Shown: positions 55,411-64,000 of the stretch, in pieces
Numbering within the stretch: position 1 is the stretch's first letter
Layout of the letters: every line of letters begins with the position of its first letter
From: a bacterium
GTDB lineage: Bacteria > UBA8248
Reading direction: 5' to 3'
Length of the DNA stretch: 64,000 nucleotides
Assembly: GCA_965261085.1 (NCBI GenBank)
Contig: OZ253442.1
Span: forward strand, 2,528,001-2,592,000
Notes under the pieces: model-generated
Databases searched by the model: none
What the model saw: the letters and a program-made list of their open reading frames with translations, nothing else
What the model was told of the DNA's origin: nothing
Program-made: the position numbers and the translations under genes

Positions 55411-57897
55411 GTGATCCATCGATCCGGCGTCGGAAAAACTGCCGGGAAACCCAAAAACATCTTTTTGCGACTAACTGCGTCGGCGGGGCGCTTGCTCGCG
55501 GATTGCGCCTTGTCGTTTGCCGGCATGAGGGCTTATCCGTGGATTCTGGGCGGAACGCTAGCTGTTGTGCTCTCGTTTTTGCTCACCACCGATCTTTCGG
55601 CGCCTCGCGTGTCTTTTGAGGTGGGTGATGTCGTCCCCAGGGACATTAAGGCCCCTCAAGATATGCGCGTGGTCGCTCCCATCGCCACGAATGCGAAGCG
55701 CCAGGCGGCCAGAGAAAAAGTCTTGCCACGTTACGATATCGATACCCAGCTTTCGCGAGTTGTCCTCGCTAAATTGAATGGCGCTTTTGAATCCATTCAG
55801 CGAACGATAGACAAAGAGCTCGAAAAAGTGAAAGCCGAGCAGTTGAGCCTACGTGCCAAGCAGAAGAGCCGGACGCTTTTATCCGAGTCGGAAGCCTATC
55901 GGGAAATGTACGCCAGTCCCGCCTTCATCAAGGCGGAGAGCGCGTTTCATGAGCTGGTGGGTGGCGCCGTTCCAAAGAAATTGTCGAATTGGTTGAGAAA
56001 TGAGAGATTCTCGAGCTGGATACGGGAAGATATCGCCAAGTTGTTGAAGGCGGCGTTCTCACGCCAAATCGTCAGTGATAAGCGGCTATACGCCACCCAT
56101 GCGGCGAAGGGAATTACGGCGCGCGACATCAGAACGGGGAATCGCGTCTCCCTCAGTCCATCCATGAATCCCCTGGAACTCAGACAGGTCGATAAATTAC
56201 TCAAGCAAGCAACCCGGAAGATGTCCCTCGGAATTCCTCGGCGTATGCGCGACTTGTTGGTCTCCCAAGTTTTGAAGATGGTTCAACCGACGTTGACGTT
56301 CAACAACAGAGCAACCCTTGAGAGCAGAGAAAAGGCTGCGGCCTCTGTTCCGCCTGTTTCAGAGATTCTCAAACAAGGGGAGATGATTGTTCGCGAAGGA
56401 GAACGAGTAAGCGAAGGACAAATCATAGAACTCAAAAGCCTGGAAAAAATCTACCGACAAAGCCATGTGCTAGGCAACTTTACCGGAACGGCTTTGGTGA
56501 TTTTCATCTTGCTACTTCTGGCATGGATTTGTGTGCAGAAGTATGACGTGAGTTTTTTGGCATCTCAAAAAAACGTAACACTTTTTGTGATCCTGCTTTT
56601 GACCCAAGTTGTTTTGCTGAAAATGGGAATTCTCTTCTCCGAGGTGTTGCATGAAACTTTTCGGGGTATTCCCCTACACTCGTTTTACTACGTCATTCCA
56701 TTTTGCTCTGCCTCTCTTCTCGCTGCAATCTTGCTGGGACGCTCATCCGCAGTGTTGATGGCGGTTTTCTCCGCCGTTCTGACCGGGCTGATCTTGCCGA
56801 ATTACATCAACTTCAGTCTCATCGCCTTGTCCGGCGGCGTGCTGGCAGCCATTCGCTGGAAGGAATATCGGCGCAGAACTTCTGTACTCATCGTGGCGTT
56901 CATCCTGGGTTTGTTAGGTGCCGCGCTCGCTCTGGGCTTCAACATGCAGGAGGGTTTCGGCGCCGTAATTGCGCAGTGGACGGATGTTCCCATCGCTTTG
57001 CTCGGCGGCCTTTCTAACGTCATTATCGTGGCGGGGGCCATGCCCTTGCTTGAGTCGATTTTCAAGCTCACGACGGATATGCGTCTTCTGGAGTTGGCCG
57101 ACCAGAATCACCCGCTGCTGAGAAAGATGGTCGTCAGTGCGCCGGGTACCTATCACCACAGCCTTCTCGTGGGCAATTTGGCCGAAGAGGCCTCCGAGGC
57201 GATCGGTGCGAATCCGCTTCTAACCCGTGTGGGTGCGTATTTCCACGATATCGGCAAGATGATGAAGCCGGAGTATTTCATCGAAAACCAGGGGCGCGAA
57301 AACCGTCACGATAGACTCAAGCCCAACATGAGCGCGCTTATCCTGATCAGCCATGTCAAAGAGGGCGTCGAACTCGCCAGAAGCCATCAACTGCCCAGAG
57401 AAATTATCGATTTAATTCGACAACATCATGGCACATCCTTGATTCAGTTTTTCTACGAGAAAGCGAAGAAGCAAAATGGGGATGACGTGACAGAAGAATT
57501 TTTTCGCTATCCGGGGCCGAGACCTCAGACGAGAGAGGCAGGCATCCTGATGCTGGCCGACATGGTGGAGGCATCGTCACACTCGCTTTCGGACCATTCT
57601 CTCGGGCGTCTGAGCGCTTTGGTGGATAGAACCGTCCAGAGTGCTTTTGTGGAGGGTCAATTGGATAATTGCAGTCTCACGCTCAGGGATTTGAGCAACA
57701 TTCAGGAAGCTTTCATGCGCGTTCTGGTTGGCATTCATCACCACCGGATTCATTATCCAGGACAAGAAGACGCTCCCAAGAAAGGCGCTGCGAATGGAAG
57801 TTCTCATCAAAAACGAGCAAGAGCTGTTCGATCTGGATCACAAGGCGCTGAGGCGGCGCTTGGAGGTCATACGGAGAGCACTCCGGTTCGAAGATGA
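55411..57897 (+). CDS. 7TM-HD (HDIG) membrane phosphohydrolase, PgpH-like
   Basis: Extracytoplasmic 7TMR-HDED region, 7 TM helices, APGTYHHS, HDIGK, IISHV, QHHGT, MLAD. Confidence 0.92.
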   Translation: MIHRSGVGKTAGKPKNIFLRLTASAGRLLADCALSFAGMRAYPWILGGTLAVVLSFLLTTDLSAPRVSFEVGDVVPRDIKAPQDMRVVAPIATNAKRQAAREKVLPRYDIDTQLSRVVLAKLNGAFESIQRTIDKELEKVKAEQLSLRAKQKSRTLLSESEAYREMYASPAFIKAESAFHELVGGAVPKKLSNWLRNERFSSWIREDIAKLLKAAFSRQIVSDKRLYATHAAKGITARDIRTGNRVSLSPSMNPLELRQVDKLLKQATRKMSLGIPRRMRDLLVSQVLKMVQPTLTFNNRATLESREKAAASVPPVSEILKQGEMIVREGERVSEGQIIELKSLEKIYRQSHVLGNFTGTALVIFILLLLAWICVQKYDVSFLASQKNVTLFVILLLTQVVLLKMGILFSEVLHETFRGIPLHSFYYVIPFCSASLLAAILLGRSSAVLMAVFSAVLTGLILPNYINFSLIALSGGVLAAIRWKEYRRRTSVLIVAFILGLLGAALALGFNMQEGFGAVIAQWTDVPIALLGGLSNVIIVAGAMPLLESIFKLTTDMRLLELADQNHPLLRKMVVSAPGTYHHSLLVGNLAEEASEAIGANPLLTRVGAYFHDIGKMMKPEYFIENQGRENRHDRLKPNMSALILISHVKEGVELARSHQLPREIIDLIRQHHGTSLIQFFYEKAKKQNGDDVTEEFFRYPGPRPQTREAGILMLADMVEASSHSLSDHSLGRLSALVDRTVQSAFVEGQLDNCSLTLRDLSNIQEAFMRVLVGIHHHRIHYPGQEDAPKKGAANGSSHQKRARAVRSGSQGAEAALGGHTESTPVRR

Positions 57898-58273
57898 CTG
57901 GTTCAGCATCGCATTCATTCGAGACGAAGAGATGCGAGTGTTGAATTCTCGATATAGGAGGGAAGACGAAACAACGGATGTGTTGGCTTTTCCGCCAGCA
58001 GATTTCTTCCCGTCCGTGGGTGAGCAAGAAGAGAGAAAGACATTTTTAGGAGAAGTGGTCATTTGCGTGGATGAGGTGCGTCGCCAGGCGGAGGCCGAGG
58101 CGGTTGATTATGGAGTCCTGGCGGATCGTCTGCTCGTGCATGGTCTTTTACATCTCAAGGGATATGATCATTACACTAAGTCGGAATCTGCGCGTATGAT
58201 TGAGGAAGAAAAAAGGATAACCTGTCTGCTTGACGGTGGATGGCTTTCTCGACCAGAGCCGGGGCATCGTTGA
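57794..58273 (+). CDS. ybeY: rRNA maturation endoribonuclease YbeY
   Basis: LN..YR..D..TDVL.F, LGE..I, HGLLHL.GYDH; ATG at 57794. Confidence 0.95.
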   Translation: MEVLIKNEQELFDLDHKALRRRLEVIRRALRFEDDWFSIAFIRDEEMRVLNSRYRREDETTDVLAFPPADFFPSVGEQEERKTFLGEVVICVDEVRRQAEAEAVDYGVLADRLLVHGLLHLKGYDHYTKSESARMIEEEKRITCLLDGGWLSRPEPGHR

Positions 58274-58275
58274 GT

Positions 58276-58446
58276 GGAAAAATTGCAGGTGCCATGGCGC
58301 ATGAATTACCGACCGTTTGCATATGCTCATCGTTCCTCGCTGGGAGGAGGATCATAATCTTATGCCCGACCTCAGTGGCGTGCGGGTGCCCCCCCGAGAG
58401 TATAGAGACGACCTACAATCAATTCCGCCCAGATTTTGAAATTTAA
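58276..58446 (+). pseudogene. Decayed C-terminal remnant of a HIT-family hydrolase gene
   Basis: Joined frames read GKIAGA / ITDRLHMLIVPRWEEDHNLMPDLSGVRV / PESIETTY, matching the HIT C-terminal consensus; contains frameshifts and a stop. Confidence 0.75.
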
Positions 58447-58469
58447 AACCCGTTGGACTTGGTGGTGAT

Positions 58470-58868
58470 ATGGGTAGTCTTCGACTCATCATCGGCTTGA
58501 TTCTGGCATTAGCAATTTCGAGCTTCGGTGTCATCAACATGAAGCCGGTGACTGTTTCCTATTATCAGGGCAGCATCAACTTGTCTCTTTTTTATGTCCT
58601 GTTGGTTGTGTTTGCATGCGGGTTCATGGTGGCATGGTTTGGCGGGGCATTGGACAGATTGAAGTTCAGGACTCAAATTGGAAAATTGAAACGCGAAGTA
58701 AAGACGTTGGAGAATAATCTGGATGAGGTGCGGGAGAATAGCGGTAAGCTCCTCACGATGGGAAATCCAGAAACCGATAAATCCGTGCCTGCACGTGATG
58801 AACGTGCATCGCAAACTGGTTCCAAACCTCAGATGAGCCTATCCCCCCGTGAATCAAAGGCGGAGTAG
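58470..58868 (+). CDS. LapA (DUF1049) family membrane protein
   Basis: Two TM segments around N..PV.V.Y, followed by a coiled-coil. Confidence 0.8.
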   Translation: MGSLRLIIGLILALAISSFGVINMKPVTVSYYQGSINLSLFYVLLVVFACGFMVAWFGGALDRLKFRTQIGKLKREVKTLENNLDEVRENSGKLLTMGNPETDKSVPARDERASQTGSKPQMSLSPRESKAE

Positions 58869-58870
58869 GT

Positions 58871-61561
58871 ATGTCTCCCCCCAAAGGTATTCTGCAAGCT
58901 AAGAAAGAAACAAATGCATCAGGTAATAAGAGCCGGGCTCCATCTCCTGCGATGCGCCAATACTTGGAAATAAAAAGGCGCTACCCGGACGCGATGCTGT
59001 TTTTTCAGTTGGGTGATTTTTTCGAGATGTTTTATGAAGACGCGAAGCTCGGGGCGAAAGTACTGGAACTCACGCTGACGTCGCGACAGAGTGATGACAA
59101 GGGGCCCATTCCAATGTGTGGCGTGCCGTGTCATTCGGCATCCTCTTATTGTGGGCGATTACTGGAAGCAGGTTTTAAAGTCGCCATATGCGAACAGGTG
59201 GAAGATGCGGGAGAAAGTAGGGGAGTTGTGAAGCGCGAGGTGACTCGCGTCCTCACTCCGGGTACCTCGATTGCCGACCTTGAGTTACTGGATGGCAAGG
59301 AATCTCAATACTTGGCGGGGATTACGGTATCGGCAAAAGAAGGAGAGGCGCTTTGGGGAATAGCATGGCTCGATAGTTCGACTGGTGAGTTTTGTGCGAC
59401 CCAGGCGGAAGGCGATGGTGCCGAGACGCTCATTTGCAATCAATTGGAGAGGCTTTCTCCTCGCGAACTCATCTTGCCGGATGTATTTTCTCCGCCCGAT
59501 GAGTTGAAAAGAAAAATTGATGAACTAGGCATTTATATTGAAAAAAGGCCAGCCGCCACTTTTTATGAGCCGCTTGATTTCAAAAGCTTGGACGCCATAT
59601 TTCCGGATGAAGCGAATGTTCTGGCGAATCCGGCGGCGGTGGATTCCGCCGTCGGCGTTTTGACGTATCTCAAAGAAAACCAGCCTGGTGATTTTCCCCA
59701 TCTCAAACCTGTTTTTTTCTCCCGACTTTCGGACACAATGATTCTCGATGCAGCCACGTTGCGAAATTTAGAACTCACACGTTCATCCGTGGATCGTGGG
59801 AAAAAGGGCACTTTATTTGGTTTGTTGGATGAGACGCTGACTGGGATGGGAGGACGTCTGCTGAATAAATGGGTCCTTTCCCCTTTGATTCAAAAAAAGG
59901 CCATCGATTATCGCTCCGAATCCGTACAGGAACTCGTTGATAACCTCGAAATCCTGAATATGCTCAAAAATGCCCTTGAACCCGTTCAAGATATCGAGCG
60001 GCTCCTGGGGCGTGTGGGTTCTCAAACTGCAAACGCTCGAGACTTGGCGGGGCTCGGCGCATCTTTGGCCATGTTGCCAGAGGTTTGTGAGGCGATAACG
60101 GGGATGGAATCAGAGTTGTTTCGCTCCGTCTTGTCGGGGTGGGATTTTATCGAGGACGTAACGTTGGAACTGGAGAGCGCGATTGTGGATGACCCGCCCG
60201 TTTCGATTCGAGAGGGTGGAATGTTTCGCGCAGATTATGACCAAGAACTCTCTCAATTGAGAAGGGCGCAGCAGGAGGGCGATAAGTGGCTGAAAAATTA
60301 TGAAAGCAAGGAAAAAGAACGAACGGGACTGCCTCTAAAAATCGGGTTTAATCGTGTTTTTGGGTATTATCTCGAAATAACCAAACGCTTCAGTGAACAG
60401 GCGCCGACGGAATATACGCGCAAGCAAACCCTCGTTTCTGCAGAGCGGTACATCACATCCGAGTTAAAGAAGATGGAAGAGGACATTCTTGGCGCGGAGG
60501 AGAAAGACCATCATCTCGAGTTCATGCTTTTTGGACGCTTAAGAGCGCAAATATCAAAACAGGCCAAGCGCATACTCGCTGCCGCGGAGAGGATAGCGAT
60601 TCTTGATGCCGTTCTATCCTTGGCGCTAGTTGCGCGCAAATATGGATACGTCAGGCCCCAAATTATGGATTCCAGGGATCTTGAAATTATCGAGGGCAGG
60701 CATCCTGTCATGGAGGCGGAAAATCCTGGTCTCTCTTTCGTGCCGAACGATTTGTCGATTCGCGATGATCGTCGAATACTCATTATTACAGGGCCGAATA
60801 TGGCCGGAAAATCCACTTACCTGCGTCAATCGGCGCTCATCATTCTGATGGCGCAAATTGGCAGCTTCGTACCCGCCAAGAGCGCGAAAATCGGTTTGGT
60901 CGATAGGGTGTTCACTCGCGTTGGCGCGCATGACCGACTTTTGGAGGGGCAGAGCACCTTCATGGTCGAGATGGTGGAGACGGCCACTATACTAAGAGAG
61001 TCGACGCAAAAAAGTTTCATCGTTCTGGACGAAGTCGGGCGAGGCACGAGTACTTTTGATGGAGTGAGCATCGCCTGGTCGATTGTAGAGTATCTTCATA
61101 ATGAAGTTCGCCACAGTGCGAGGACTTTGTTCGCGACCCATTATCATGAATTGGCTGAACTCTCTCAAGAACTCACTTGTGTGAAAAATTTGACGGTAGA
61201 TGTTCGAGAATGGGGCGATGAAATCGTTTTTTTACGAAAAGTAGTCGATGGCAGTTGCGATAGAAGCTACGGAATTCAAGTAGGCAGGTTGGCGGGACTT
61301 CCAGAAGAGGTCATTGATCGGGCGAAAACTTTGCTCTCCAAGTTTGAGAGTGCAGAGGCCATGTCCCGTTATGGCGGGGAAAAATCTTTTTTGGAAAATC
61401 GCCGGGAAAAAGGGCAATTGCCTTTGTTTTTACGCGCGGAATCACAAGTCGAGGAGGTGTTGAAAGACCTTGACCCGGATTCCATGACACCTCGCCAAGC
61501 TCTAGAAGCCCTATATGAACTCCGAAAAACCATGGAGAGCGGTGGGCAATCGCAAAAATGA
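58871..61561 (+). CDS. mutS: DNA mismatch repair protein MutS
   Basis: P.M.QY..IK, GDFFEMFYEDA, TGPNMAGKST, STFMVEM, DEVGRGTST, FATHYHEL, SYGIQV. Confidence 0.98.
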   Translation: MSPPKGILQAKKETNASGNKSRAPSPAMRQYLEIKRRYPDAMLFFQLGDFFEMFYEDAKLGAKVLELTLTSRQSDDKGPIPMCGVPCHSASSYCGRLLEAGFKVAICEQVEDAGESRGVVKREVTRVLTPGTSIADLELLDGKESQYLAGITVSAKEGEALWGIAWLDSSTGEFCATQAEGDGAETLICNQLERLSPRELILPDVFSPPDELKRKIDELGIYIEKRPAATFYEPLDFKSLDAIFPDEANVLANPAAVDSAVGVLTYLKENQPGDFPHLKPVFFSRLSDTMILDAATLRNLELTRSSVDRGKKGTLFGLLDETLTGMGGRLLNKWVLSPLIQKKAIDYRSESVQELVDNLEILNMLKNALEPVQDIERLLGRVGSQTANARDLAGLGASLAMLPEVCEAITGMESELFRSVLSGWDFIEDVTLELESAIVDDPPVSIREGGMFRADYDQELSQLRRAQQEGDKWLKNYESKEKERTGLPLKIGFNRVFGYYLEITKRFSEQAPTEYTRKQTLVSAERYITSELKKMEEDILGAEEKDHHLEFMLFGRLRAQISKQAKRILAAAERIAILDAVLSLALVARKYGYVRPQIMDSRDLEIIEGRHPVMEAENPGLSFVPNDLSIRDDRRILIITGPNMAGKSTYLRQSALIILMAQIGSFVPAKSAKIGLVDRVFTRVGAHDRLLEGQSTFMVEMVETATILRESTQKSFIVLDEVGRGTSTFDGVSIAWSIVEYLHNEVRHSARTLFATHYHELAELSQELTCVKNLTVDVREWGDEIVFLRKVVDGSCDRSYGIQVGRLAGLPEEVIDRAKTLLSKFESAEAMSRYGGEKSFLENRREKGQLPLFLRAESQVEEVLKDLDPDSMTPRQALEALYELRKTMESGGQSQK

Positions 61562-61688
61562 AGATAGGGTCCGCGACACACCACCCAGTTCGGTTTGCTG
61601 AAGCCTTGAAGGCAGAGAAGCCAAACAAGGGATTGAGAGCTTTTTTCTTATGCGATAGCATTGTGAACTTAGAGCCCAAGGGGAACAT

Positions 61689-62294
61689 ATGTTGTCTAAC
61701 ACCCAGAAAACATTTGTTCTGAGAAAATTTGCGATAGTCATCTGTTTGCACTTCGTTCTAGTGGGGCCGGCACTTTCCGCAACGGACAACCAGGGTGGAA
61801 TCCGAATAGAAGATATTATCGTCATTGAGAAGAATGGGCAGTTGCTCGTTTTTGGTTCTCTCTTGAGTGCATTTTCACCAAAACTGTTGGAAGCCATTCA
61901 CAGCGGTGTGACCACGAAGTTTATCTTTGATGTAAGTCTCCTCCGCTCTCGCAAGCTGATTTATGATTTGGAAGTCACCTCGCGGCAATTACATCATCAA
62001 GTGAAATATAGCGCTTTGAAAAAAACATACACTTTTCATCTTAAAGAAGGTGCGAAAGACATCGAGAGAAAAGTGACAAGAAGCCAAGGTGAAATGACGG
62101 ACTGGATGCGAGAGTTGAATGGTGTGCCCATCGTCTCTGGCGAGGCACTGTCTCCAAATAGTCAATTTTATGTCAAAATCAGTGCGCGGTTGAGTCATGT
62201 GGATTTTGTTTTTCCCTTTAACTATTTACTCGCTTTTTGGGGGAAGAAGTCTGATTGGAGCTATTCCCCAAAATTTAGTTCTAAAGGAATGTGA
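61689..62294 (+). CDS. DUF4390 domain exported protein
   Basis: Signal peptide, EAI.SGV...F pattern; directly upstream of an NtrY-like kinase. Confidence 0.8.
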   Translation: MLSNTQKTFVLRKFAIVICLHFVLVGPALSATDNQGGIRIEDIIVIEKNGQLLVFGSLLSAFSPKLLEAIHSGVTTKFIFDVSLLRSRKLIYDLEVTSRQLHHQVKYSALKKTYTFHLKEGAKDIERKVTRSQGEMTDWMRELNGVPIVSGEALSPNSQFYVKISARLSHVDFVFPFNYLLAFWGKKSDWSYSPKFSSKGM

Positions 62295-62297
62295 GTT

Positions 62298-64000
62298 GTG
62301 CACTCAAAGCGACTGAAAAATCAAGAAACTTCTTCACGCCGGCGAAGGACACTTCTGCGGTCCTTCATCGCTTTGATCATTATTGCGACTCTTTCGTTCA
62401 CGGCTTGGATTTATTTCAAAGAGCTCGAGCCAGGAGTCCCTCTACTGAACAACGTCGTCGTATTTGCGCTCGTGAACCTGAGTATCATTCTGCTCATGGT
62501 GGTGATTCTCTTGGTGGCGAAGAACTTGGTGCGTCTTTACTACGAGGGGAGAACGGGTGCCGGTCGCTCACGTTTGCAATTAAAGCTTGTATTGGCTTTT
62601 GTCGGATTTACGCTCATACCTGTAGTGGCTCTTTTTGTGGTGGCCAGCGGCTTGATAAACCAAAGTTTTAACGCCTTGTTCAACATGAATGTGGAGAGAG
62701 CGCTTAAAGGATCGTTCGAGGTAGCTCAAACCTATTATCGCGAGGTGGAGCGAAACGCACTGGTCAGCGCGAGTCGACTTGCGCTTATATTGGAGAAGAC
62801 ATCCCCCGACATAGTGGAAAACCCCAAGGCGGTTGAAAACATATTGGAGTCCGAGAGGAAGAGCTTGGGGGTGGATTTCATCCAGCTCTACGATAGAGAA
62901 CGAAAGGAGATCGTATCGGTCAAGCGCCCGGGGTTGGAACGAGCCATTATGTTCTCGCCACTGGTGGGATACGTGGATCAGGTGATTGATGGGGAGTCGC
63001 GCTCAAGTGTAGAGAATTGGGAAAAAGGAGATGTCATCTATGGCGTGGCTCCTTTGAAGATTCAAAAAAAAGTGGTGGGGTTTGTCGTTGTATCCAAATA
63101 TGTCTCTGATAGGCTCGTTGAGAAGATAAGAGGCATATCGGATTCTTTTGTGAATTATAAAGAGTTGGAATTGTCCAAGAATCCAATTAAAGCTAACTAC
63201 ATCGTCACTTTTTTGGTGGTCACTCTGCTCATTCTGTTCGCTGCCATATGGTTTGGTTTCTACCTCGCTCGCGGTATCACGGTTCCCATCGAAAAATTAG
63301 CGGAAGCCACAAGGGCGGTGTCGGATGGCGATCTCGAACATCGCGTAGATGCGCAAGCGGATGGCGAGGTGGGGATTTTGGTCAGCGCATTCAACAGCAT
63401 GACGGAAGAATTGTCGGCTAACAAGGAGAAAATCGAAGAGTCCTCTGAAATTCTGCGCCGCTCCAACATGGAAATCGACAGAAGGCGCAGATATATGGAA
63501 GCGATGCTCGAAAATATCGGAGCTGGTGTGATATCAATCAATCGCCGAGGGCGCGTTACTATTCTCAACACAGCGGCTGGAGAGTTGCTGAGTATTGAGC
63601 CTCAGAATGCCGTGGGACGAATGTTCAGCGAGGTTTTTGAAAGCGCGCATCTCGAACCCGTTCGTCAGTTGATGCGCTCAATGAGGGATCGAAAACACCA
63701 AAGCGCTTCGGAGCAAGTGGAGCTCATGATTGATGGCCGCGTACTGACGCTACGCGCGAGCTTGACCCTGCTCAAAAGCGCGGATGGTGGTAGGCTCGGT
63801 GCAGTCATTGTGTTTGATGATATGACGGCTTTGATACGGGCTCAAAAAGTGGCTGCATGGCAAGAAGTGGCTCGCGGCATCGCGCATGAGATCAAAAATC
63901 CGCTGACGCCGATTCAACTCTCTGCTCAAAGAATGAGAAGAAAATTTGAAAGCGGAGCCTATGATTTTGCGGAAGTATTTGAATCTTGTACGGATACCAT
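62298..64000 (+). CDS. ntrY: NtrY-like sensor histidine kinase (HAMP, PAS, HisKA), truncated by the window end
   Basis: Open frame from GTG 62298, absent from the ORF track because it has no stop; N-terminal TMs, HAMP (PIEKL.EAT..V..GDL), AAWQEVARGIAHEIKNPLTPIQLSA. Confidence 0.88.
   Translation, partial: MHSKRLKNQETSSRRRRTLLRSFIALIIIATLSFTAWIYFKELEPGVPLLNNVVVFALVNLSIILLMVVILLVAKNLVRLYYEGRTGAGRSRLQLKLVLAFVGFTLIPVVALFVVASGLINQSFNALFNMNVERALKGSFEVAQTYYREVERNALVSASRLALILEKTSPDIVENPKAVENILESERKSLGVDFIQLYDRERKEIVSVKRPGLERAIMFSPLVGYVDQVIDGESRSSVENWEKGDVIYGVAPLKIQKKVVGFVVVSKYVSDRLVEKIRGISDSFVNYKELELSKNPIKANYIVTFLVVTLLILFAAIWFGFYLARGITVPIEKLAEATRAVSDGDLEHRVDAQADGEVGILVSAFNSMTEELSANKEKIEESSEILRRSNMEIDRRRRYMEAMLENIGAGVISINRRGRVTILNTAAGELLSIEPQNAVGRMFSEVFESAHLEPVRQLMRSMRDRKHQSASEQVELMIDGRVLTLRASLTLLKSADGGRLGAVIVFDDMTALIRAQKVAAWQEVARGIAHEIKNPLTPIQLSAQRMRRKFESGAYDFAEVFESCTDT

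Noticed and set aside
62291-62671. Listed 126-aa ORF
   Set aside because: Alternative-frame shadow of the NtrY-like kinase starting at 62298.
1-64000. tRNA (including tRNA-Sec), rRNA or known riboswitches such as FMN or glycine
   Set aside because: No cloverleaf or riboswitch consensus recognised by eye; ribD and glyQ have almost no leader space. A covariance-model scan would be needed to exclude them formally.

Overview
Bacterial chromosomal segment from a diderm organism (lptE, lapA and murJ present). Gene order resembles Nitrospinota/deltaproteobacteria-type genomes; this taxonomy is an inference. It holds long core-gene runs: truB-rpsO-pnp; cobB-hisS; aspS-era/rpsU/recO-argS-SPOR; lipA-alaC-hom-apgM-like-lysC-glyQS-ppdK-ribDE(BA)H-nusB-lptE-holA/rpsT; murJ-xerD; phoH-7TM-HD-ybeY-lapA-mutS; DUF4390-ntrY (runs off the end). 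An accessory metabolic region at about 3.6-26.5 kb carries a Gfo/Idh/MocA oxidoreductase, a bicupin, amidohydrolases, ada, an MDR dehydrogenase, CoxG, OsmC, a GNAT, a TPP enzyme, ComEC, an AKR and an MFS transporter. The best hidden signal is a DsbA/FrnE-family gene that the ORF track truncates. Its redox motif contains an in-frame UGA (C-V-H-U-A-W-C) followed by a SECIS-like hairpin, so it is a probable selenoprotein. It sits between a TIGR04282/DUF2064 transferase and a parvulin-like/TPR lipoprotein. Other observations: a frameshifted OsmC, a decayed HIT pseudogene, a 196-bp element with terminal inverted repeats, short direct repeats, several enzymes with degenerate active sites, and strong GC variation across core genes. 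No tRNA, rRNA, CRISPR array or transposase was recognised. All family assignments come from motif recognition, not database searches.
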